From contig OZ287753.1 in NCBI GenBank assembly GCA_965649765.1, forward strand, positions 16,926,001 through 16,990,000: a stretch of DNA of 64,000 nt, read 5' to 3'. Position numbers and translations under genes: made by a program. Position 1 is the first letter of the stretch. Each line of letters opens with the position of its first letter. Positions 52,237-64,000 of this stretch are shown here, piece after piece. Under the pieces are notes generated by a model. That model was not told the origin of the DNA, ran no database searches, and saw only the letters and a list, made by a program, of their open reading frames with translations. This DNA is from Bispira polyomma (lineage: Eukaryota).

Positions 52237-52955
52237 TAGCTATTCTTAAATATTTTAAAACCCTTCAAATATTTTGCAAAATCTATTGTTGATCCAGAGT
52301 TGTTGACTACATATGTAGCTTGATAATTGACTTCATTGGACAATTCAAGGGAGCTAAATACATGCTGCGTAAATAGCCTTTTTAATGTATTCTTATACAC
52401 AATCCTTGAATAATTAACAGCTTTAAGTTGCCATGTATTTTTCTGAACTTAAATTAACCTGCATCTATTTAAATAGAACACAGTCAGGTAAATGTTGTAC
52501 AGCTGCAACTGATGATTGCAATGTCTATATACAAAGAATGCATGTGAGCTGCTTAAGGAATTGCTTCCTCCTTCTTCAGTGTTATAGTACAGCAATAATA
52601 TTAAAATGACTAACATCTTTCATTAAAATTTGTTTATATTTTGTGACAAACCGAGCTTTTGCAAAATATAGAAAATATGAAAAATTTGTTGATGTATTGA
52701 TTTGCAATTGTATTATAGATTTTAATCCACATTACTGATGCCGAGTATCTTCTAAAGCACATCACCAATCAACAAATGGGTAGTCTGAACAACATAGCCA
52801 AAGGAAGGATGTAGCCTGTGACTACAAAACAACCTAGGATGGATAAGCAATTTGTAAAAGATGGAATCTGCAAATACAAAATGTGTATACTGTACTCTCA
52901 TCTCAATTAGGAGATTATTCCATTTTTTTGTTCATATTCTTCAGGATATTTTAGG

Positions 52956-55556
52956 ATGGATTCCCCATGTACAACACAGAGGGTCATATTATGGTCTGTG
53001 CCTAGAAGTATGTCATCTGCATTCTACAGGACCATGATGAACAGACCTTCAACTAAGGTAATTTGAACTGTTTTACTCTATGACGGTTTGCAATGGGAGA
53101 ATACCCGATAAAAGTGGAATTCTTTGATTTCAATGTTCGATTCGACAATACCGAAGACATAATATTATACATGATAAAATGTATGTCTTTTAAGGATAGT
53201 CTGTAACTTAATATATATACAGTAAATCTGCTTATTTTTCTGGTATCGTGAAGTATTAATAATCTCTATTTATGTAATGTATGCTTTATAATTCAATTCC
53301 CAAGTATTACAAGATTAATTTATATACAATTATATTCTTAACTAACTTAGTTTAACTTTATGTATGAGATTGAATGAACATCAAATAACTGTTTAGTTGT
53401 AATTTAGATAGGTTAGGATCCCTCTTAATAGACATGTCTCATACGTTTCATATATTAGATAGAGTTGTTTAGTACCTGCAGTGCTCTATTTTACAAGAGT
53501 GATCACTCACACAGACATTGTCATTGCATGGATAACCAACTACAGACATGTGATACCAATAGCATTGAATATAGTGCGTTGATGTTAACAGGTTCACCAT
53601 CTAACCTGTATCTATGATCATGCCTTATGGTCCCTTTGTTTACCTTTTTACATTAAATTAAGCTTAACTTATGTTTATTTCCATACAATCCTGCACCCTT
53701 AAAAAATGATATCTTAACATAAATACAGTAAAATGTCAAAGTTTGATCATTTGCTACAAATTATCTGTCATATATGTGCTGTACAGGGGTTCAATGAACC
53801 TTACTCAGAACCATATTACAAGGGAGCAGGAGGAGTTAACCACAGATATAATATAGTGAAGTCAGAGTTTACTTACCAAAGTGTGACTTCTATGCTTGAA
53901 GAACCTCATATGGGTAATGGATAATGTATCTTCTTAATGGCACTGCAAATTAATTTGTGTACCTCAGTGTTTATGACCTTCCTTCACAGTGTTACATATT
54001 AATATGTTTATGTACTGTGTTAAACTGCATTGATATTGTAATAACCAAGATATATTTGTAAAACAAATATGTAATCCAAAATGTATTTTGCTGCTCCAGT
54101 GTCCATAGTATATAATAATTTCAAGCTGAGCTCAGATCCAAGCTCAAATCTGTAGTCTCCATATCTCTGGCAGGAGTTAAGTTAGTCAGAATCTGGTTGC
54201 ATATTTAAATTCATTATGTTATATAAATAATTTGATATACTTATAGATTTCCAAACAATCTTTGTAAAAGACATGACTTTTTATGTAACACAAGTTTTCA
54301 AGAGCAACTGGATGGATGTCTTGCCAAAAGGCTATAATCATACTTTTCTAATAAGAAGTCCAGAATACACAGTACCTTCTTTGTATAAAATCTCAGTGGA
54401 CCCACAAAAAACAGGTAAGTGTTATGTGAAGGTATTTTTTTATACATACATTGTAACCCCTGTGGTCTAGTGGTTAGGGAGTTGGTCTGGTGATCTGAAG
54501 GTCCCGTGATCGACTCCCAGATGCTAGTTTTATCTAGAGGGATAACATTCTTGGGCAAGAAGTGAGTATACATTTACCTAGTAGCTCGGATGACCACCTA
54601 AAATGGAGGTCCTCTGTCACTGAGTTTCATTGTAAATTGGTAGAATAAAGATCCTTGGTATATCCTCAAGCTTCGGCAATAAAGCGCATTTGAAATAACC
54701 CTATGTTATACAAGTGCCCTATAACAAATATAATATGTTATGTTATATATAACCTGTTGTTCTTATTGATGTTTTTGATTATTGCTTGCACATCTGTCCT
54801 ACTGAATACCTAGTAGTATATTACACTAGCATTGTACTATGTGCAGCCTTGGTGGTGCTGGTTGTAACATTTGGAGGTGTGGTCGTAACACACTCGCCTC
54901 ACATGTGTTTAGTTGTGGGTAGGAATCTCAGCCCCAGTGTGTATGTGAAAAAGTTTTTAGTGGACTTGCCGAAGGTCAGTGGTTTGCAGTGCAGAACATG
55001 TTGACCCACTACCCTGCTCTGATTTTCTCCACCAGTGAACTAAGCCTAATCGTAATAGACTTTTATGGCTTTCAATCTCTGAAAATTACCACATTCTAGC
55101 TGCCCAGTGCTCTGAGTATATTAATACAAAAGTAAACAACTGTGTTGGATTGAAATAGCCAGTTTATTAAGCTGACAATATTAAAACGGGTTGTATATAC
55201 AATTAAAAGATATTTTAAATATACACACAATATATACATTGGCTTACACTAATGAGTTATATATACATCTTTTAATAGTATTTACATAATTAAGGTGGGG
55301 TACACTGGTCCACCAAAACAAGGGAGACACTCAATATAGAAATCTTAAGAATTCTGATGTATTTTTTAAATGCATTAAATTTCCAATGGCCACATATACT
55401 TTTTGTTTGTTGTGGACTGTTCACTCTCAGGATGGAATTATTTTGACCCCAAAGAAGTGGGTTTCAAAGAATCCCTGGAGTTGTTTCAAGAAATCAAGGA
55501 TTCCACCGGTATAACTCCTACAGTTATTGATGCTGCAGATTTAACAGAAAATCCTG
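52956..55556 (+). CDS. Sulfotransferase-like (Sulfotransfer_5 family) gene, first four coding exons open (52956-53057, 53787-53913, 54247-54414, 55431-55556); 3' exons not found
   Basis: GT/AG junctions splice in frame: MDSPCTTQRVILWSVPRSMSSAFYR..GFNEPYSEPYY..FVKDMTFY..HTFLIRSP..VPSLYK..FDPKEVGF..VIDAADLTENP. Confidence 0.82.
54865..55060 (+). mobile_element. Degenerate tRNA-derived SINE, copy B only
   Basis: GGTGTGGTCGTAACACACTCGCCTC head, CTTGCCGAAGGTCAGTGGTTT body. Confidence 0.55.
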
Positions 55557-55954
55557 GTAAGTTTTTGTATTGAGCCTTTTTTCTGTCACTATAATTTTAG
55601 TATTATTAAACTTATGAAACATTGATTTGTCACTTCTTTTCTGTGGTGAAATCTAGCAGCTTTTACAAAGTAATATCAATAGGTTAGGACACAGGTTAGT
55701 GTTCTCTCTTTGAATACCATTATCTAGGTCCCGAAGCGTGTAATAACAAAGGAAAAAGGGGTGTTAGAGGTATTATAGAGGAAGGTAAATATATTGGAAA
55801 GAAAGATGGAATTTTACACCTTGGGGGATTTGGATCCGTGGACATCCCACTCACAAGGTCAATGTTTAAGTTGAGTTACAAGGGAATCCCCGGAAGTCCA
55901 AATATTGTGGGGCTCCCACTATAGCGAGATAGCAAAAGTATGCTTGTGCGTCTA

Positions 55955-57030
55955 TATCAATTAGCCAGTTGTAGAGAGATCACTTCCTGAGTGCAAATGC
56001 ATAAACTGTTGTTAAAAAATAGGGCACAGACTGGGCATCACCGGGTAGAGATTCATTTGCTGGGAAGTTAATGCACTCATCTTCAATGGTGGCTTTTAGG
56101 TGGCAAGCATTGAAGATCTGGGCATTAGAGCAGCTTCCATTTGTGCCAGCTCAGGAATTTGTAATCTGCATCTACCAGTGCCATCAAACCAATCAAATGG
56201 AAACCCTTATAGTTATAATATATCTCTATCTATCTATATATGTATATATATATATATATATATCTTGAGGCACTTCATGGCTACATGTTTCCCATTGATT
56301 GAGCCCAGGGCATGTGGAAAATTCCATCTGGCAGCAAAATCTGCTGCAACGGCTTTCCATTCGTCTGGTGTCTGCTGGCATTTCCAGACCTCGGCATAAT
56401 ATTCCTCATATATCGCAGTACAGACTTCTCTGTAATAGCTCGTGGAATATTTCTGAATACTCTTTAAAGACAGTCTGAGTCTCAAATTCTAGCTCAGCCA
56501 TCAAGTTCTCATATTGGCTATATTAGGATTTTCTTAGCAGCCAGCTCCATACTCAAATACTCCTCCTGGGCCTTCTCCTATATCTTCTTATATAATACTG
56601 ATACAGGGTTAAGCTTTGTACTTCTACCAAACGATTTACAAATTTGATGTTTTGAAGAGCCATGACCTTATCAAACCTTTATACAATGTGTGTCCATGAA
56701 AAGCTATGAATATAATGAATGAAAGGTCAGTTTTTTTGCGGCCTTATATAGTGACCTGTCCAGATTTCCTTTTCGTAATCCTCTGCCAGATACCCCAGGA
56801 TATGTCAGGATCCTGGCCTAAAACCCTGCTGATCAGCAAATGATATCTAGCACGATTATGGTAAGCGTAATACACACAAGCCCTTCAATGATCGAACAAC
56901 ACACATCCTGCATATCTACAACGATCTTGATACAATTGTAATACACGCACTCTCACTCTGCAATAAATGTACATTTCTGTCAGCAAATAGTATTTAGCAT
57001 GTTTACGGTACGTGTAATACACACAAGCCA
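55955..57030 (-). mobile_element. PIF/Harbinger relic (duplicate of 11615-13070)
   Basis: TPDEWKAVAADFAARWNFPHALGSINGKHVAMKC. Confidence 0.85.
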
Positions 57031-57458
57031 CACTTAAATAAATATATCATACAGTATTATGTATGTAGTAGGTATTTACTTCTTACACTGCTGCTGGCAA
57101 GATATTTATATCTTCACCGTGATTTTACAAATATTAAATATAACCCTGTTTGCATTACAAAAGGTATAAAAATAAATATTCTAAGCTATTTTATATACAA
57201 CTTGCAAAATCAACCAACAATAGGACTTATTTTGTAATTTTGGGCAAGAACATCAAATCTAAGCCACTAATTTTTACAGCATAGTATAATTTAAATTCCA
57301 GGGACAGACGAAGATCATCAACAATAAAAACACAACAATGGAAGAAAATATTGTGTTAGGTAAGCAATATTAAAAAGGTATAATTTGAATTTGATGCAAA
57401 CTGGTTGGAAACTTCCCTGTATATTTCCTCCAACACAAAGTGTGTTATGAACCATATC

Positions 57459-59420
57459 TCATATCAACTTTATTGAGAGCAGAATCTCTCTGACATTTTT
57501 ATCCAAGACACTAAAGTATCGCAACATAGTGTCATCAGGAATAAGCATTTTATTTGTATTCTTCACACTTCTTTCCAAAGCTACACTTTCTGTAATGGTG
57601 ACTTCGTGCAATATTTGGAGATACAGCCTTGTTACTGTTTTTTTTAGAAACACTTCAGGCAGTGGTGATTAAAGGCAACTTCACAATTCATGGGGTGTAT
57701 AAATGATTTGGGATTAAACATTGCAGGGCTGGTAGCATGTCTTAAGCTGTGGCTCATTTTCAGTATGTAGTCTGGTTTGGCGTCTACTGGTGGAACATCT
57801 AGAAATAGACATTAGGAAATATGTAGGATGCCCAAGTATCTCTCGGGCTGTACTTTGCATTTAATTGCTTTATCAATTCATAATAGCTGGTATGGTCCCT
57901 TGGTACAATTACTTCGTCATAGTCAACAATAATGACTTGTTTGTATGTATACATATTGGTGTAGAAACAGTGATTCAGAGATGGTATACTATTGAAAAGA
58001 GCAGAGAGTCGGTCAGTGTGAGGAATCACTTGCTTCATCTGATGCTCTCCTGTTGACTGATAATAATCAAGCACTGCCCATGTATTGCTGTCCAGCGAAG
58101 CATTGTAAATATGAAACTGTTTTACTCCGAGAATATTATAAATTTCAAACCATTCCACCAAAAATGTCAAATTCATCTTACCAAAACTTACAGCAACACA
58201 GACACCAAAGTCAATTTGGGAGGCTGGTTTCTCTGGTATAATGACTTTTGTTATCACCTCAGTCATCACAGATACTTGGTCTGGGACATGACCTGCTGTA
58301 GGGAGTTGGCTGGAGAACACATACTCTTCAAACCAGCCCTTTGACTCAACATAGTTATACATAACCTTGGGAATGGTTCTCTCCCAGCCAGTCATTTTGG
58401 TGTGTTTAGCCAGGATGATATAAGGATTGCCAGTACCATTGAACCAAACATGGCAGTATACCGTCTTCACTTTGTCAAGGTCGCTGACTGCAAGCAACTT
58501 CAGAGAAGGTAGCCCACCATTGGGATGGTCATCATAGAATGCAGAGTGAAGAAAAATGGACGCATCTTTCCTGAAGTAGAAGTGCTACTCGGGGGAAGGA
58601 CCATAAGTGGATTTTTCTGGTTTATGAATATCACTGCATACATGGCTAGGGATTGAAGAGTAATCGGTTTTATTTTTGATGTGTGTACTAGTTGAGCTGT
58701 CAAGAGCAGAAGGACCACTGTGCACTTAATCGATGGTGCTGCTACTATTCAAATTCAATGTATGTGATGTATTTAGAGTTGTAGCTGTAGTGTAGATATT
58801 CTTCAGATACTGTGGCCCAGTAGCGGTAATCCAACCACTAAAGTACTTTCGTAACAACGAGTCATGGCCTTTTCTAATGGGATGTATCCTTAAAGAAATA
58901 TGCCATACATTATATACACAAATAAAACTTTGCAGTGTTATTGGTACAACATATACTACAATAAATACATTAATCGGATATGAAGAGGCAATAAAATATG
59001 GAAACTCTACAGTATGTTAAAAATGTTGAAGGATGTGTCTTTTTATGTCAGCATAAACATTATCAACAATCCAGATAGTAGCTTAGAATATGAAACCCAT
59101 TTTTAATTTTATAACTAACAGTAAAAGTGATATAAACTGAGGTACATCTCAATAAAGTTTTAAGTTTAATAATTGATACTATTGTGGGAAACTCTCAAAA
59201 ATTTTCTCCCAAAAATTCAGAAGATATTGAAGGTTACCATGAAATTATTAAATATCATATTGATAAAAGTACCTTTCAAGGATTTGTTTGTTGAGTCATT
59301 GAGATAAAATCCTGTGCAAATGAGAAGAAATAAGCTGATGATTCCTAGAATACAAGCCAGTTTTGTTTTTGTTCTGAAATCATCGAAGTATATACTACAT
59401 AAACTTCTCACAGACAGCGT
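57459..59420 (-). pseudogene. GT92 glycosyltransferase pseudogene (paralogue of 13534-15517)
   Basis: ATG->ACG at 59420-59418; frameshifts near 58880, 58500, 57800 and 57640; in-frame deletions. Confidence 0.9.
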
Positions 59421-61897
59421 GAAAAAACTAGTTCAATTAATTTAATTGATAAGAATAAATATTGCACTCAAGTTAACATCGACAATTAATGTAATTTTAC
59501 TATATGTTTTGTAGTAAAATCACAAAACAATGTTCAAAACAACTTTTACCACTATGATACTATTATTTTAAGGATTTTATTTAGGCATTCTCCCACCTCC
59601 TCTATCAGTACACAGCCCTCCCTCCCCCTTTCCCCCAACACTTTCTTTCACAAAGTGCCAGTTGAAATGGCACAACAAAAACATAGACCCATTTTTCATA
59701 GGGTTACTTTTCATAAACTTCTGTTAGCCGTTACAAGTTATTTTCAAGAATCAAGTAAAGTATATATTACTGAAATATGTTTCTAAGGTATGTATACTTT
59801 AAATACTCCTTTTAAAAAAAATTAAGAAGAAATTATTGACACTTATAGATACAATATATTTTAAATAATCTAATTTCTGCCTGTTTTATTATATCATTTT
59901 CATAATGTAAGGAAAGTATACTAAGTGGTAATTGAGGGATGGTCTATTTTTTCTTAAAATCATAGTATCATAGTGGCAAAAGTTGTATTCCTTATGCTAT
60001 CTTTTATACTTTACATGCATATTAAAATAATGTACACAGTTTAACTGCTGGGAATACTTTGACAATTTTAGATCCGTCACTTATATAAAACATACCCACA
60101 TCAAAATACAAGAATATCAAACAAGGCTACTAGGATGCTTGTGTGTTCCTTAAAATAGACTGCAGTTATTGACTGGCAGGGCTGATTTTCACTGAAATCT
60201 GAGGTTGTAGATGCCTCAATAACTCCAATCAATAACAATTAAATGAAGTGGTTGTTTCTTTGCAGCAAATTGTGCTCTAAAGCTCTGGATGTACTGGCTT
60301 TTACACAAGCTAAACCCCTGTCATATAGACCTTAGTTATATGATGTATGGCTATTATCATAAATAGTTCATTAAGCTAGTAGCTGGCTGAAATTTATTAA
60401 ATCAGGAACACAAACTTTGGTTTGTGTTATATCATATTTACTTATGGCAGTAACAGGGGCTTAGGGAGTACCCTGCTGATTCGAGTAATGGTATTACCAA
60501 TTGGGTGCTTTGTGGCCATCCGCTCCCGTTTTTTTTTTTTTTTTCATTTAATATTACAGATTTTAACTACATACAATAAGAAAATAGTAGATTATAATAA
60601 TGTATTATATCCCACGTTGTTTATGTTGGTGTTGATAATTCCTCCTGGGGTGGGGGGACTGAGCGTACGAGAGGTGGATGTTGGGGCACCTCGACCGTGT
60701 AAACGATGGAATTCTACATCTAGGGTAGGTTTTGATCTGAAGACTTCCCGCATAGAAGGTCAATGCTTAAGAGTTGAAAGTATAAGGGTAATCACCAGCA
60801 GTCAAAGTAAGTAATGCGTTGTTATATACGAGGATGTATATATTATATTAATGCCATTATGTGCAATAGTGGGAAATACCCATGCATAGTACAGTTGTTT
60901 GTGTTTACTTTCTGTACAATCTGGGTTTCCCAGCCATTGGAGTGAGACCACTATTAATTTTGCTATACATTATCTTATAGCCTTTTGGGCTATACTGAAG
61001 TCCGGTGAAGTGCTGGCCCTACAAATCATATATCAAAATAAACATCAATCATAGCCTGACATTTCAGTATGAATGAAAACAGGTATCAAATGTTGATTTT
61101 CTAAGTTATCTTGAAAAATATAGGAATAGGTGATTTCCTGTTAAATCTAAGATGGCGGAACATTTCAGAAAGGCCCTTAAACAAATAGCTTCTGAAGATT
61201 TATCTTGGTGAATTAGCCTTCGGGAATGCATTTGATATTGTTAATTAGTCATTCCTCTTTAATATCTGTGAATATTCACCAAAGTTAAAAATGTTTACTA
61301 CTTTTATGAATTTTAGTTGCAACCCTATCCATTATTTTTGTTTCTACCTTAAATACTCAGTATTAGTAATTAGTAACCAGGAAGCCGGAAATAGTAAAAT
61401 CACTCCCTTTGCAGTACACTGAACTCCATATAATTAGCATAGTGTTTATTGGTAGTAAAGTGTATAAATACTGGGGGATGATCCTATTGGGATTAGGCAT
61501 CTTCACACTGGTCTTTAGTTTCCTACATTCTGTTCCTAAATGGTGATTTAATTTCGTGCATGTGATGAGAATATGAATAAAACATTACTAATAGTAGCAT
61601 AATAAGTTTGTAGATATTTATGGAATGGCTGGTTAATTTTGTGTCAAGGTATAATCATTTTACTGTTCAATTGCCTGAGGTTTAGTAAATACCCGAAAAT
61701 AATGGTAGCCAAAGACCTCCAGAATCCCTAAAAACCATTGCATTTTAATAGTATTACAGATAAAGTCAAACAACATGTGTTTACGTATTTATATTGTGTT
61801 TAACTTTCACCAAGAGAAGATGCTTTTAGAGATTGTTGCGAAAAATTCTATAATATTGCTTATACATAACACAGTGCTAGATACGCAGTATTGACAA

Positions 61898-62125
61898 AAT
61901 AGCCCAAAATATATGAAAAAAATGTTATTATGCCACTCCCACCAAACCAAGTTGACGATAATTATTACTAATAATTACTTATATTGTCCAGCAAACAGTA
62001 TAGCCCAAAAATATGTAAAAATATTATTTTATTTATACTGTCCACTCCCACCCCCAGTATAGCCCAAAATGTATGAGGAAAAAAATTTTATTATGCCACT
62101 CCCGCCAAACGTGGTGGATGATAAT
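61898..62125. repeat. Degenerate ~80-100-bp tandem repeat, ~3 copies
   Basis: TAGCCCAAAAT...TTATGCCACTCCC recurring. Confidence 0.7.
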
Positions 62126-62339
62126 AGGGTATTTTTGGGTAATAAAGAGATTTTAAACCTATAATTTATACTAAATGACACAAAATCAGTGAAAGAAGTA
62201 TATGTAATAAGCCTAGGTATAAAAATGAGGATAAACGGTTGTTTTTTTCTTTTGGGGTGGGTTGTTTTGGGGTGGGCTGTTTATCTTTGGGGTGGGAGCA
62301 GGTCGTAGATCATATTTTGGGGTGGGTTGTTTCAGTATA

Positions 62340-64000
62340 CCTAGCATTGCTGGTATACCTAGTAAATATTTTTCTAGTTTTCCTTTGTAGCTAACTTCTA
62401 GGTTTTGTCAATTTTGTAGTTTTCTTTCTTGTGTTTGTCAATTTTTGTTGTAAATATTTTTCTAGTTTTTCTTTCTATGTTCCTTCTAGATTTTCTCAAT
62501 TTTTGTAGTTCTTCTAGTTTTTTGTCAATTTTTGTTGTTTTCCTTCTAGTTTTAGTTTACATTCCTGGTAGTATTCACTAGTATCTTGGCACACTTAGTA
62601 GATATTTTTCTAGTTTTCCTGTTTCTAGTTTTTCCTTCTAGCTTTTTTTCTCAATTTTTGGTAGTTGTTCCTTATAGTTTTAGTTTAAATCCTTATTCAT
62701 ACTGAGATCGCTGGCATACTTTGTAAAAACTTCTCTCCTTGTTTTCAATCATGTTGAAAATACTGTTGCCATGCTTCATTCTATGAGACTCTTGTTCAAA
62801 TTATCACCAACAATATCCATCTCAAATCACAATCTGTCGTTCTTTTCTACCACAATTAGACAACACGAACACAGCTTTTCTCTGTTTTAAACTACTCATC
62901 TTTCGTCGTCCAAACCCACGTGTTAAAAACCTTGGATTCCACTACTTACTGCTCTCTGTGGCGATGTTCAAATAAACCCTGGGCCTTTTCAATCTAATCT
63001 AAAAATTGGTGCCTTTAATGCCAGATCTATCCACAATAAGGTGCCTTCAGTCACTGCCCTTATTGAAACCCAAGACCTTAATGTGGCCTGCTTGTCTGAG
63101 ACCTGGCTCAGCTCCATGGATACTTCTGCATTCCTCTCTAAAATCACACCGTCAGGTTATAGATTGTACAACTCCCCTAGGCCTGTCAAGCGTGGGGGGG
63201 TGTTGCTAACTTTGTCAAAAGTACTCTTTCAAGCAAAAAATTCTCATCTCTCCATCTTTCGAATATATTACATACAAAATTTCCAATGGATCTCCATCAT
63301 TGTAGTCTCCTCCCTCTATCATCCACCTAACCCTTCTATGTCTGCCTTCCATCAAGACGTTTCTGGTTTCCTTGAATCTATTAACCTCCGCCCGCTGGAA
63401 TCAATTGTACTTGGTGACTTCAACATCAAAGTCGACATAAATAACACGACAACCAAAGATTTCTACAGCCTCTTGAATATCTTTAAGTTCAAACAGTTTA
63501 TTTCCTGTCCGACTCATCTCCATAACCACATTCTTGACCTGATCATCGCTCGACCAGAGTTCAACCTGATACAGGATGTATGGGTTACTGACGGGGTGTC
63601 TGACCATCTTGCCACTTTTGTATACCTCATGCTGCCCAAACCACACTCACATAAACCGAAGGTAACAAAATTCCGCAACATCAGGAAAATTAATATTATC
63701 AAATTTTGGGATGACAGACTTGCTTCTCGCCTCATTAAACATCCTTGTAAAAATGCAGAAAATCTCAGTCTACAATATAATCACACTTTGTCCTCAATCC
63801 TTAACAGTCATGCTCCTTGGGTTTCTAAAACACTCCCACTTTCTGACCCCCATGAATGGACAAACCCAGAAATCAAGGAAGCTAAAAGGCATAAACGTCA
63901 ACTTGAGCGGCGGCGCACTAAATCATCACTTGACAGGAAGCGCTACAGAATCGCCACAAGCAACTTCAATGCACTAATGACCAGAGCCAAAAAAGAGCAC
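62340..64000 (+). mobile_element. L2/CR1-clade LINE: T-rich leader and AP-endonuclease ORF, decayed, runs off window
   Basis: CGDVQINPGP, FNARSIHNK, CLSETWL, YHPP, VLGDFNI, PTH..NHILDLII, GVSDH. Confidence 0.88.

Larger units (their letters stand above)
52925..60826. repeat. Segmental duplication copy B
   Basis: Colinear with 8130-15665, an inverted block 59572-59990, then matches 29710-30540. Confidence 0.95.

Noticed and set aside
52925-60826. Uncollapsed haplotype artefact
   Set aside because: Copies differ by many substitutions, indels, lineage-specific SINEs and reciprocal lesions; a real duplication is more likely, though reads would settle it

Overview
AT-rich, intron-containing animal DNA (probably a marine invertebrate), dominated by transposons and decaying duplicated genes. 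In order: (1) the 3' part of a Ty3/Gypsy LTR retrotransposon with an extra zinc-finger/coiled-coil ORF and its 3' LTR (1-5645); (2) copy A of a segmental duplication (~8130-16950 plus 29710-30540) holding a broken sulfotransferase-like gene (+) and an intact GT92/DUF23 glycosyltransferase (-); (3) two adjacent, divergent tyrosine-recombinase (DIRS/Ngaro-like) retrotransposons, one decayed (17001-23060) and one nearly intact (23207-28999); (4) a repeat-rich stretch with possible Polinton-like capsid remnants (~32450-37900); (5) a RET-like receptor tyrosine kinase pseudogene (-, 38466-50186) with an L1/Tx1 LINE in an intron; (6) copy B of the duplication (~52925-60826), where the sulfotransferase-like exons are intact and the GT92 is broken; (7) an L2/CR1 LINE start with a 2A-like motif. 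Best candidate for an undescribed system: both YR retrotransposons carry a phase-1 splice donor at the same place in gag and a phase-1 acceptor just before the ATG-less YR ORF, predicting an in-frame spliced Gag(N)-recombinase fusion. The intact element also has an in-phase -1 slippery site for Gag-Pol, simple direct terminal repeats, and sits at the centre of a palindromic flank. All calls come from manual reading and translation; no searches were run.
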